A stretch of 64,000 nucleotides of DNA from an uncultured Acidobacteriota bacterium. GTDB taxonomy: Bacteria > Acidobacteriota > Terriglobia > UBA7540. Below the pieces are notes generated by a model, which saw only the letters and a list, made by a program, of their open reading frames with translations, had not been told where the DNA came from and searched no databases. The DNA lies in contig CAWDSK010000006.1 in assembly GCA_963804995.1 (NCBI GenBank), forward strand, positions 704,001 through 768,000, in the 5' to 3' direction. This document shows positions 1 to 10,045 of the stretch, in pieces (position 1 is the first letter of the stretch; every line of letters starts with the position of its first letter). A program made the position numbers and the translations under genes.

Positions 1-2130
1 TTTCGTCTTGGGGTCGGCACTCAGAACCTTCACCTTGACGATCTGGCCGACCTTCACAATTTCCGCGGCGTCTTTGATGTAGCGGTTAGAAAGCTCGCTG
101 ATATGGACTAAGCCATCCTGATGGACGCCAATATCCACGAAAGCTCCGAACTTGGTGACGTTGGTGACCACGCCTTCCAGCACCAGGCCGGGTTGTACAT
201 CGGATAGTTCGCGAACCTGCTCATTGAAGCTGGGCGCGACGAATTTATCGCGCGGATCGCGTCCCGGTTTGCGCAACTCTTCCAGGATATCGTTCAGCGT
301 GTACGTTCCGGCCGACACGCGGTTGCGGTCCACTTTTTCCAGAAGCTCCGGGCTTTTAATCAGCTCCTCAATGGGAACGCCCAGCGATTGGGCGATCTGC
401 TCCACGATCTGGTACGACTCCGGGTGGACGGCGGTCATATCCAGCACGTTCTCGCCGTTGCGGATGCGCAGGAACCCGGCCGCCTGTTCAAATGTTTTGG
501 GACCGATGCCCGGCACTTTCCGTAATTGCGCGCGGGAGCGGAAACTGCCGTTTTCATTCCGGAACGTCACGATGTTGAGGGCGGTGCGTTCTGTGAGGCC
601 GGCGACATAGCGCAACAGCGTCCACGATGAAGTATTCAGATCGACGCCCACCCGATTGACGCAGCTTTCGATCACGCTGGCGAGCGATTGGTGGAGCTGG
701 CGCTGGTCCACATCGTGTTGATATTGGCCAACCCCAATCGATTTGGGATCGACCTTAACCAACTCGGAGAGTGGATCCTGTAACCGCCGGGCAATGGACA
801 CAGCCCCGCGCACGGTGAGATCGAGATCGGGAAACTCCTGCCGCGCAACTTCCGAGGCGGAGTAGACGCTGGCCCCGGACTCGCTTACGGTCACGGAGAA
901 AATGTTGTCCAGCCGCCGCTCGCGCAGGAAATCCCGCACAAAAGCGTCCGTCTCGCGGGAAGCTGTGCCGTTGCCGATGGCGATGGCGCGGACGTTGTGC
1001 TGCGCAAGCAACGTTTCCAGGGTCTTCGCGGCGGCCTCGGCCTCGCCCTTCGATCGATGCAGGTAGATGACGTCGTGGGCCAGGAATTTGCCAGTCTCGT
1101 CGATCACGGCAATCTTGCAACCCGTGCGCAGACCGGGGTCGATTCCCAACACGGAGATGGGCCCGGCCGGCGGCGCCAGAAGCAGGTTGTGGAGATTGTC
1201 GCGAAACACCTGAATCGCTTCCCCATCCGAGCGCTGCTTCACATCCATGCGGATTTCAGACTGAATCGAAGAGTCCAGTAGGCGTTGCCATGAGTCATCT
1301 ATGGCGAGTTCAAGCTGAGGCGTCCAATCGCCTGCGGCACGCAGAATACGCGTCTTCAGCAGGGAGACCGGACGCAAGGGGTCAAGCTCAATAAGGAAGT
1401 TAAGGACCCCTTCGCTCTCGCCGCGGCGAATAGCCAGCATGCGGTGCGACGGGATAGCCTTTACCGGCTCGCGGTACTCGTAATACATCTTGAACTTCTC
1501 TTGCTCGTCCACGGCGTCAGCCACCTTGTGGCAGACCACTACGCCTTCCTCAAACATCATCTGCCGCAGAGCCTTGCGCAGGTCGGCGTCCTCACTGATC
1601 ATCTCAGCCACAATATGGCGCGCGCCGTCGAGCGCTTCTTCCACATTTGCGACACCTTTTTCGGCATTCACAAAACTGCGGGCAAAGGTTTCGAGCGATT
1701 CGGCGGCGGGCTGCTGCGCCCACAAATACAGGGCGAGCGGTTCCAGGCCCTTTTCGCGCGCCATGGTGGCCTTGGTGCGGCGCTTGGGCCGGTAGGGCAG
1801 GTACAAATCCTCCAACTCGCTTTTGTCGAAGGTCGCTTCAATGCGCTTGCGGAGTTCGTCGGTGAGCTTGCCCTGCTCGGCAATGGAAGCCAGAATCGTC
1901 GCGCGCCGCGTCACCAGATCGCGGAAATATCCCACCTTTTCTTCGATGCCCCGGACCTTGACCTCGTCGAGGTTACCGGTCGTTTCTTTGCGATAGCGCG
2001 CAATGAAGGGCACCGTGCCGCCGTCATCGAGGAGTTCAATGGCCGCCACCAGGCCATGCATGGGAACGTCGAGTTCCTGGGCGATGTAAAGCAGTATGTC
2101 GATGGAGAGGATTCTGGGGTCGGTGATCAT
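1..2130 (-). CDS. tex: Tex family RNA-binding transcriptional accessory protein (3' end beyond window edge)
   Basis: Hand translation from ATG at 2130 gives ELLDDGGTVPFIARYRKETTGNLDE and LEDLYLPYRPKRRTKA; the S1 domain (LEGVVTNVTKFGAFVDIGVHQDGLVHISEL) near position 1 is in the same frame. Absent from the ORF track because no stop lies inside the window. Confidence 0.92.
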   Translation of the reverse strand, partial: MITDPRILSIDILLYIAQELDVPMHGLVAAIELLDDGGTVPFIARYRKETTGNLDEVKVRGIEEKVGYFRDLVTRRATILASIAEQGKLTDELRKRIEATFDKSELEDLYLPYRPKRRTKATMAREKGLEPLALYLWAQQPAAESLETFARSFVNAEKGVANVEEALDGARHIVAEMISEDADLRKALRQMMFEEGVVVCHKVADAVDEQEKFKMYYEYREPVKAIPSHRMLAIRRGESEGVLNFLIELDPLRPVSLLKTRILRAAGDWTPQLELAIDDSWQRLLDSSIQSEIRMDVKQRSDGEAIQVFRDNLHNLLLAPPAGPISVLGIDPGLRTGCKIAVIDETGKFLAHDVIYLHRSKGEAEAAAKTLETLLAQHNVRAIAIGNGTASRETDAFVRDFLRERRLDNIFSVTVSESGASVYSASEVARQEFPDLDLTVRGAVSIARRLQDPLSELVKVDPKSIGVGQYQHDVDQRQLHQSLASVIESCVNRVGVDLNTSSWTLLRYVAGLTERTALNIVTFRNENGSFRSRAQLRKVPGIGPKTFEQAAGFLRIRNGENVLDMTAVHPESYQIVEQIAQSLGVPIEELIKSPELLEKVDRNRVSAGTYTLNDILEELRKPGRDPRDKFVAPSFNEQVRELSDVQPGLVLEGVVTNVTKFGAFVDIGVHQDGLVHISELSNRYIKDAAEIVKVGQIVKVKVLSADPKTK

Positions 2131-2455
2131 GGAGACTAGGGGTTCCTGGGCCGAAACGTTTCTGCAAAGGCCGGAGGATTATACCGCGAATAGCGGGTTG
2201 GCGTAGGCCTTCCAGAGCGAAGGGCGTAACCGCTGGTTGGCGCGGACCCCAATAGCGCCGGGAGCAATGGAGTTGTATACTGAGCGGCCGACTGCGGACT
2301 TCCTCTGTATAGTTCCAAGGATGAACACCTTGATCAACCCATCTGAACCTAGCGGACGTGGTAACCACCCGAATGGCCAAAAGCCGAATCTCAAAGGCGG
2401 TCTCCAGGCGCAGTAGCAGGTCTTTTGAAGGAAGCAAGAATTCACGGAGGCTCCC

Positions 2456-4042
2456 ATGAACCGGAGAGAATTCATAAAATCCAGCAGTGTTGCCAGCCTA
2501 TCGCTGGGTGTTCAACGGGGCCTTTACGGGAGAGATGTAGCGACGGCCCGGCCGCCGGAGGGGGGATCGGCATTAATGGTGGGTTTTGCGGAGCGCGACA
2601 TCACTCCCGACCTCGGCATGGAAGTTCCAGGTGGCTATGTCAAAGAACACTTCCGGGAAATTCACGATCCCTGCAAGGTTCGCGCCGTGGTTTTTGACGA
2701 CGGGCGCACGCGCGTGGCGCTCGTGGGTTTAGATGCTCTGATCGTTCCACGCTATGTGGTGCTGGCATCGAGGCGAATTATCCACGAGCGGTGTGGGATT
2801 CCGCCCGAGGCTGTTTTGATTGGCGCCTCGCACGACCATACGGCGGGACCTATCGGCATGGTCCAGCCCGGTCAGTTCGACCACGCTTCGCCACTGGTAA
2901 AGAAGTTAGCCTATGAGGTTTCTTCAACCGCGGATGCCGGTTACGTGGAACGAGTCCAGCAGGAGATTGTCACTGCGGTTTGTCATGCGGACAGTTGCCG
3001 CGTCGAAGCGCGCTGCGGATTCGGGGTGGGGAATGAAGGTAAGGTATCGTTCAACCGGCGGCTGCGCATGAAGAATGGCTTGACCTACTCGCACCCCGGG
3101 CAAGGCAATCCGGACATCGTGGGTTATGCGGGTCCCATCGATCCCCAAGTGGGAGTGGTTGGGGTGTGGGACAAAGGTGGGCGCCTGATGGGATGCATCG
3201 TCAACTTTGCCTGCCACGCTACCACCAATCCCGAGGGATTCTCCGCCAATTGGATTTACTACATGGAAAAAACCATTCGGGGATCACTGGGGCAGGAGTT
3301 GCCGGTGGTGTTCCTGCAAGGATGCTGCGGAGATATAACCCAAGTGGATAATCTAAGTCCTTACGCGTTTCCGACCGAGGAGAAGTGGGCCGAAATTGTG
3401 GGGAGTCATGTGGGGGCGGAGGCGGTGAAGGTCTTGGTCAGCGCTACGTCGGGCGATGAGATTCGCCTGGAGGCGCGAACCAAAGTTTGGAAAATCCGGC
3501 GTCGTGTGCCGAGTGCCGAGCACGTCAGGCGGAGTTATGAGCTGGTGCAAAAGGACCCCAAGCAGGTTGACATGACGGACTGGGTTTTCGCCAAAGAGAC
3601 GGTCCTGCTGGATGCCATTTTAGCCAAGGAGCCAGCCGCCGAGGTGGAAGTGCAGGCCATCCAAGTTGGGCCGGCTGTGTTTCTGACGAATCCGGCGGAA
3701 TTATTTGTTGAGTACGGGCTCGAGTTGAAAGCCCAGAGCCGCTTTCCTTTCACATTTCCGGTTGAACTCGCCAACGGCTGTGTCGGATACGTTCCCACCG
3801 AGGAAGCCCTGGGGCCGCATGGCGGGGGCTATGAAACGCGGCTCACGAGCTACAGTAACCTGGAGGTTTCAGCAGGGCGGCAGATAGTGGAGGCGGGATT
3901 GGAACTGGCAGGACAAATGATCCCAGGGAAGGTTCCCGCTCCCCAGAAGGCGCCACCCTTTAGCACCGCAAGCGCCACGGGTGCAAAGGGATTTGGGACC
4001 CAGGCGTGGTCCTATGGCGATGTCCCGCCGCAGCTTGATTGA
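2456..4042 (+). CDS. Tat-exported neutral/alkaline ceramidase-like hydrolase
   Basis: 528 aa; twin-arginine leader MNRREFIK; motifs GFAERDITP, IHDPCKVRAVV, IGASHDHTAGP, VNFACHAT, FLQGCCGD, ELANGCVGYVP; GGAGG RBS upstream. Confidence 0.65.
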   Translation: MNRREFIKSSSVASLSLGVQRGLYGRDVATARPPEGGSALMVGFAERDITPDLGMEVPGGYVKEHFREIHDPCKVRAVVFDDGRTRVALVGLDALIVPRYVVLASRRIIHERCGIPPEAVLIGASHDHTAGPIGMVQPGQFDHASPLVKKLAYEVSSTADAGYVERVQQEIVTAVCHADSCRVEARCGFGVGNEGKVSFNRRLRMKNGLTYSHPGQGNPDIVGYAGPIDPQVGVVGVWDKGGRLMGCIVNFACHATTNPEGFSANWIYYMEKTIRGSLGQELPVVFLQGCCGDITQVDNLSPYAFPTEEKWAEIVGSHVGAEAVKVLVSATSGDEIRLEARTKVWKIRRRVPSAEHVRRSYELVQKDPKQVDMTDWVFAKETVLLDAILAKEPAAEVEVQAIQVGPAVFLTNPAELFVEYGLELKAQSRFPFTFPVELANGCVGYVPTEEALGPHGGGYETRLTSYSNLEVSAGRQIVEAGLELAGQMIPGKVPAPQKAPPFSTASATGAKGFGTQAWSYGDVPPQLD

Positions 4043-4115
4043 TCAAGGGGTGGGCAGTAGCCCCATGTAGGGGCGATTCCAGATCAGATCGGGACAGGTT
4101 GCGAACCGCCACTTC

Positions 4116-4156
4116 GGGATATCGCAGACCCTAAAGTGCACGGGTCTGCGCCAGCC
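4116..4156 (+). repeat. REP palindrome, family R1 (cognate to the RAYT at 18276-18827), uninterrupted copy
   Basis: gggatatcgcagaccctaaagtgcacgggtctgcgccagcc; 37/41 identical to 18879-18919; stem cgcagaccc/gggtctgcg. Confidence 0.8.
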
Positions 4157-4185
4157 AACGAAAAGCCGGCCGCCTCCCGCTTGCG

Positions 4186-4213
4186 GCCTTCTGCCTACTG
4201 CTTTCTGCCTTCT
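4186..4213. repeat. Tandem heptamer array (GCCTTCT-type x4)
   Basis: gccttct gcctact gctttct gccttct just downstream of the tricorn stop. Confidence 0.7.
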
Positions 4214-4227
4214 GTTCTAACGCCCCC

Positions 4228-7200
4228 CTACCGCACCGGCACGGGCAGCGTGTCGTAGTAATTCGGATAGGCTGGTTTCGGGTACGTGGGTGGTGGATTC
4301 TTCTTAAGCAAATCCAGAACTATTTCCACGGCGCGCTCCAGTTGCGGGTCATGGCCTTCACGCACCAGTTTGGGATCAAGTTCGACTTCCACGTCCGGCG
4401 TGATGCCGTGATTCTCCACCTCCCACTGTCCCTTGGTGCCGTAGATGGCCCAGCGCGGCGCGGTGACGCCGCCGCCATCGAGGAGAGGGGGATAGCCGCC
4501 GATTCCCACCAAGCCTCCCCAGGTGCGTGTGCCGACCAGGGGGCCGACGCCCGTCTTGCGGAAGTACCAGGGCATGGCGTCGCCGCCCGAACCCGCGAAT
4601 TCATTGATGATCATCGCCTTGGGCCCGGCAATGGTTTCCTGTGGTTCGTAAGTGACTTCACCCTCGCGCGTCAGGATCAGGCTCTCCGTGGGGCGGCGGA
4701 GGTAATCGATAATGTAATCCGCCAACTGCCCGCCGCCATTGAACCGCTCGTCCAGCACCGCGCCTTGTTTGCCGACTTGCGCGAAATAGTAGCGATTGAA
4801 ATTCGCATATCCGCCCCCCGCCGTATCGGGCAGGTACACGTAGGCGAGCTTGCCACCGCTCAGCGCGTCCACCTTGCGGCGGTTGCCTTCAATCCAGTCG
4901 AGGTTGCGCAAGGCGTTTTCGCTCTCGACCGGCACCACGGTCACATCGCGGGAGCCGGAGCCGTCCGGATTGGGCCCGACCTTCAGAACCGTCTGCTTTC
5001 CGGCCGTCTCCTGGAAGAAGCTATAGATTTCGTCGCTCGCGGTAAGGTTACGACCGTTCACCGCCACCAGGTATTCACCCTCCTTCACATTGACGCCGGG
5101 CTGGGTGAGGGGCGCGTGCAGTTGCGGGTTCCAATTCTCGCCGTTGAAGATCTTGGCAAAGCGGTAGCGGCCATTTTCGATTTTGTAGTCCGCCCCCAGC
5201 AATCCCACGTGCACTGTGGGGATATCCGGATGCTTGCCGCCCGCGACGTACAGGTGCAGCACATTGATGTTCGAGAGCATCTCCGCGAAGAGGTAGTTCA
5301 GATCGGCACGGCTGGCGACGCCGTCGAGAAACGGCGCGTAGACTTGTTCGGCTTTCTTGATATCCAGCCCGTGGTAGTGCGGGTCGTAAAAGTAGTCGCG
5401 CTCGATGCGCCACACCTCGTGGTACATCTGCTTCCATTCCTCGCGGGGAACCACGTGAACTTCCATGGCCCCGGTGTTCAACATCCCTTTACCGGGCGCG
5501 GGTGGTTTATCCGCGGGATTGATGAACCAGTGGTCGCCTTCGAGGTAGAGCATCTTCTCCCCATCAAAGGAGAGGTGGAAGTCTTGCACGTTGTCCACAA
5601 TGCGTTCCGTCTTGCGGGTTTTCAGGTCGAATCTTTGGACGATAGAACCCCCCGGTCCCGTGCCGATATCGACGACGGGGCTTTCCGTCAGGAAAATGAC
5701 TCCCTCTTTCCCCGCCACCAGGGCGTCGTAATTGCGGGCGGGAATCGGCAGAGCCAAGATGCGCTGGCTGAGCCCGTCGAAATCGATCTTGACGGGCTCC
5801 GGCTTCTTCTCGCCTTCCTTGGGTTTCTCCTTGTCCTCACCGGCAGCGGGTTTGGAAGCACTGTCCGCACCGGCGGCGGGCTGGGAGGCGCCCTCCTCCT
5901 TTTTAGCTTCCGGGGGTTTTTCCTCGTCGCTTTCCGGAGCCAGGGGGGAAGGCAGGTCCTTGCGCAGAACCGCCACGTAGACGCTGCGCGTGACGGGACG
6001 ATCCTCGCTGGTCATATCGAGCCAGCCCGTACTCAATCCCATATTGGTGCTGGCGGTGAAGTAGAGGTACTTGCCGCTCTTATCGAAGCGGGGATAAAGC
6101 GCGTCGCTCATCCCGTCGGTGACTTGCGTGGCCTTGTGGGTCTCCGGCGAGTAAACGAAGACGGCGCGCAGGTAATTGGGAAGCTGCAAGGTGTACGCCA
6201 GCCACTGGCTGTCCGGTGACCAGGTCACATCGATTTCGTGGAGCGGCGAATCGTAGCGGTCCGTATCCACCTTGACGGGTGTAGGGTGGTCGAGGTCAAT
6301 GTACCAATAGTTCAACCGCTTGTCGCTGTAACCAATCTTCTTGCTGTCCGGCGACCAGAAGGGAGAATAGAAAAATGAGGGCGGGTTGCCCAAGTCAATT
6401 TTCTTGACCGTTCCCAAGCCATTCTGGTCGCGAATATGCAGCGCGTATTCCCCGGACTCGTCGGAAAGGTAACAGATGGATTTGCCATCCGGGGACCAGT
6501 TCGGGTAGCGCTCTGCCACTCCCGGAGTGTTGGTCAGGTTGCGCACGTCGCCTTTTTCCGCGGGCACGGTGAAGATATCGCCATGCCATCCGAATATGGC
6601 GCGAGCGCCCGTGGGAGAGATTCTGGCGTTGGCAAATTGCCCGTTGCCGTAATGTTCGAAGTAAGGCCGCACCTGGGGCATGTCGCCCGCCACGCGAATG
6701 TGCACCTCGTGTGAATGGCCGGAGCGCGGATCGAAAATGTGAATCGAACCGAGTTGCTCGTAAATGATGCCGCCTGGGCCGGCCGAGGCGGATTTCAAAT
6801 CGAAACCCTCATTCTTGAACAGCATCTTCACTTGCTGAGTTTTGGTGTCGTACGAGTAAAGCGTCACGGGCCCGTCACGGTCGGAGAGAAAATAAATGTG
6901 ATCGCCAATCCACATGGGATCGAAATCGTTGGAGCCTTCGCGGGGGATTCGGGTGACGCTGGAATCCGCCAGATTGGCAATCCAAATGGGTGCGGCATTC
7001 CCGCCGCGATAGTGCTTGATGGCGATGTAGGCGTCGGCCGCGCCCAGGCGGCGGTTCCACCGCGGGACGTAAGCCAGGTGCGAGCCGTCCGGAGAGTAAG
7101 CGCCTTCCACTCCCATGGGCAAAGGCAGCGCCGTGGGAAAACCACCTTCCACGGGCACGGTGTAGAGTCGTTCGAAACGCGAATAGCTGTCGCGCATGGT

Positions 7201-7576
7201 GCGGAACAACACGCTCTTGCCGTTGAGTGTCCAGCCTACCGCCACGTCTGAGGCCCGGATGGAACGTGAGCCGGCGCGGATCACCTCCCGCCGCGGCGAC
7301 TACGTAGACGTCATCATTGCCATCGTAATTCCCCGTGTACGCGACCATCGTTCCGTCCGGAGAGAAGATCGGATGGCTCAGGGTTCCCGTGCCGGTTACC
7401 AGACGCACCGCATCGCCACCCTCACAGCTGACAATCCAGATGTCGCCGCCATAGTTGAAGGCGATTTGAGTCTTGCTGAGCGTGGGATCTTGCAGGAGCA
7501 GCGGACCGGAATCCGCCGCCACGGCCAGAAGGGAGGCGAACAGCACAAAAAGAGTGGTTAGCAGAATTCGACGCAT
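4228..7576 (-). CDS. Tricorn protease homolog (S41 peptidase), one apparent +1 frameshift near 7252
   Basis: Signal peptide and PD40 repeats in ORF 6875-7576 (to RRLTFHPG) continue as SDVAVGWT in ORF 4228-7284; PDZ domain, DERFNGGG, catalytic AGSGGD, GTRTWGGLVG, VENHGITPD. Confidence 0.9.
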
Positions 7577-7817
7577 GGGGGCTCCAGGGTTGCAAAGTGA
7601 GAGTGATTGGGGTGCCGAGAAAGCCGGAACCAGAGCGAATCAGGACCGCGCCATTATCCCAGATTTCGGCGTCGGACTCTACCAATGAACCAGGGCGGTA
7701 GGGTGCCATATCAATTTCAGAGGCGACCGCCCTGGACGTCAGTGCTGCGCCGTCTGCAAGCTGATGGAATCGTAGAGGACGCCACGCCCTAGAGTCAGAA
7801 GTTCGCTGATTATTAGA

Positions 7818-7942
7818 GAACCCCCTCACCCGTCCCGCCCCGGCTGGTGAAAGCGCCGGCGGCGGTCCACCCTCTCCCCTCGGAGAGGGCTATGATTCAA
7901 GGTGGCTGACGTAGGAGGCCGGATGAGGGGTTACTTCCACCC
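7818..7942. repeat. REP-like element, family R2 (ccctcacc...ctctccc/ggagaggg)
   Basis: gaaccccctcacccgtc...cggctggtga...ccaccctctccc matches the reverse complement of about 58100-58160; tgaggggttactt also recurs near 34644. Confidence 0.7.
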
Positions 7943-7963
7943 GCAGGGCGTCGAAACAACTTA

Positions 7964-8872
7964 GAGCTTATCCGTAAATAATAATCGTCTGTCGCCAGCA
8001 GATCATGGCCGCGGCTAAGGTTAGTAGGGCGACGTAGCTTTCCTCGGTCTTTTCAAAGCTCACCAACACCTTACGGTATCGGTTGAGCCAGGAATGGGTC
8101 CGCTCGACCACCCAGCGGCGCGCCTTGTAACCGGGGACGAGGAGCTTTGCTTTCATCTCTTCTCGCCGTTGCTTGATATGCGGCCGGTAGTGGCGGTTCG
8201 TGGCCGCTTGCCGAGCGCGGGATCCCTTGTAACCCGCATCGGCGCAGAGGTGCTGGGGCTTTCTCGGTCTCGGCGCCGGTCGCGCTCTCACCACCTGGTC
8301 GAGGGTGGTGGCCAGCAGCTTCACATCATGGACGTTGGCTCCGCTGACGGCGAGCGACAGTGGGACGCCACGCCCGTCGACTAACAAACTTCGCTTGCGC
8401 CCATTTTTTTCCCCGATCCGTGGGATTCGGTCCCACACACGCCAAGGCCAGAGGGGCTTTCACCAAGGCCCCGTCGATGCTTTGCCAGTCCCAGGCAATG
8501 CCCTCCAGCTCATCGTACTCAGCCAGCCCCGACCGCCACAGCGCCAGAAAGAAACCCGCCCGCTGCCACTGTTGAAAATGCTTGTGGATCGCGCTCGCGC
8601 TGCCGAATTCCTTGGGCAAGGCCTTCCACTGACATCCCGTGCGCAGCACATACACAATGGCCGAGAAGATCCGGCGCGCCGGCATTGGCTTCCTCCCACC
8701 CCCCGGCTTCCGTCTATACTTTCGACCTTTCGACCGCTGTCGAACGGGAATCAGCGGTTCGACTTTCACCCAAAACTCGTCGGATACTTCCCAAGATTTT
8801 ATCTGCGGCATCTTGGGTCATAATCATGCATCAAATTGTAGCAGGCTTCAACTATTATTTACGGATAAGCTC
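7964..8872 (-). mobile_element. IS5-family insertion sequence, 909 bp
   Basis: Perfect 20-bp terminal inverted repeats gagcttatccgtaaataata (7964-7983 and 8853-8872) flanked by TTA direct repeats (7961-7963, 8873-8875); encodes a DDE transposase. Confidence 0.92.
7968..8811 (-). CDS. IS5-family transposase, two ORFs joined at an A7 run (8404-8410)
   Basis: orfA IFSAIVYVLRTGCQWKALP...SIDG...GPNPTDRGK; orfB NGRKRSLLVDGRGVPL...ADAGY...RWVVERTHSWLNRYR. Confidence 0.88.
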
Positions 8873-9751
8873 TTAGAACTTATACCAGGCGTCCATGAAA
8901 TTCTTTCCCCGGATGACCCGGGTCCGGTCATTCAGCCACTCGACGCCTTCCCGGGGCGAGATCTGATGGGTACCCACGGTTGTGTCTTCTACTTTAATTT
9001 CCACGGGTTCACGAACTTGATAAGGCTTGAATTCTCCCAACCGTTCCATGGCGCGACGGCACTTCTCGCGGATCAGCGTGCAAGCCACAGAGTGAGGAAG
9101 CATGAACCCGCCGGTTCGGCTAACGCCGGACTTCACTTCCGCACACTCCGCTTGGGGCACCAAGGCCAGGAGCTCCTTACAAGCCGCCGTGTCTCCTGAC
9201 AGCATGATGGTTGGAATGCCGAAGCTCGCCGCTACCATCAAGTTCAAGCCGATTTCACCGACGGGCATCGAGTTGACCCACACATTCTGCGTGCCCTCGG
9301 GGTCCTCCGTGTGGCCCAGGATACCCTTTTCCGCTCCCGCCATGGCGTGCTGGCCGATAAAGATCATGGCGCTGTAGGAGGGGTTGAGTGTAAACGTGCG
9401 CGGAACCGAGCCGGTCAGCAGCCGCGCTTTGGGATTGATATCCGACACGGAGAGATTGGTGCCGCTCCAATGCCCATCCAATACCACAACCTCCGTCGCG
9501 CCTCCCTCATAAAGCCCGTCCACCGCAGCATTGGTTTCCCCCGTAAGCAGCTTTCGGGATTCCTCCCAGCGCGGGCTCTTCCACGGAACACATTGCAGAT
9601 CTTCGTCCATAATGCCGTCCACGCCTTCCATGTCCGTAATCACGAATACCTTCTTGGATTGGGCGGTTAGCCCGGGTCTGGAAACCGCAAGGGCGATAAC
9701 AACCCCCAACCCCAGGGCGGCAAAAGCTGACAGTAATATCCTTTTGGACAT
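8873..9751 (-). CDS. M55 family D-aminopeptidase (DppA-like) with N-terminal signal peptide
   Basis: ITDMEGVDG, VLDGH, IGQHAMAG, GHT, VGEIGLN and SGD motifs of M55; basic then hydrophobic N-terminus; GGAGG RBS. Confidence 0.88.
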   Translation of the reverse strand: MSKRILLSAFAALGLGVVIALAVSRPGLTAQSKKVFVITDMEGVDGIMDEDLQCVPWKSPRWEESRKLLTGETNAAVDGLYEGGATEVVVLDGHWSGTNLSVSDINPKARLLTGSVPRTFTLNPSYSAMIFIGQHAMAGAEKGILGHTEDPEGTQNVWVNSMPVGEIGLNLMVAASFGIPTIMLSGDTAACKELLALVPQAECAEVKSGVSRTGGFMLPHSVACTLIREKCRRAMERLGEFKPYQVREPVEIKVEDTTVGTHQISPREGVEWLNDRTRVIRGKNFMDAWYKF

Positions 9752-9863
9752 AACAAAACCTCCTATTCTTTAATCTCGTATTTGAAAGTTAGCGGGCACA
9801 CCGGGAGACATCAACCTGACGCCTCCCCGGACACCCACGCCCTGACCTTACGGGCGAACGGAG

Positions 9864-9904
9864 CCCCCTGGCTCGACCCTTCCAAGCCGGGCCGAGCCAG
9901 GGGG
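9864..9904. other. GC-rich hairpin between the TonB receptor and M55 genes (RNA-stabilising or terminator-like)
   Basis: cccccTggctcg / cgagccAggggg 12-bp perfect stem; no clear U-tract on the minus strand. Confidence 0.5.
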
Positions 9905-9925
9905 GTTGTGTGCGGTACGGTTTAG

Positions 9926-10045
9926 CAGGCTGATGAAAATCGACGTAGCGGCGGGTTTACCCCGCCATCCGCTGTTGAAATCGTTGGCGATATGGCGGGG
10001 TAAACCCGCCGCTACGTCTCACCGTAAGGGTCTTTCAACAACCTG
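9926..10045. mobile_element. MITE-like element carrying a GTAG-type REP doublet
   Basis: Imperfect TIRs CAGGCTGATGAAAA / CAGGTTGTTGAAAG flanked by TTAG on both sides; internal perfect 27-bp inverted repeat gacgtagcggcgggtttaccccgccat (9942-9968, 9992-10018). Confidence 0.75.

Noticed and set aside
4342..6219. Long antisense ORFs (also 14280-15437, 16388-17623, 26290-28035, 31953-33065, 52212-53495)
   Set aside because: Shadow frames of well-supported genes in GC-rich DNA with no recognisable motifs.
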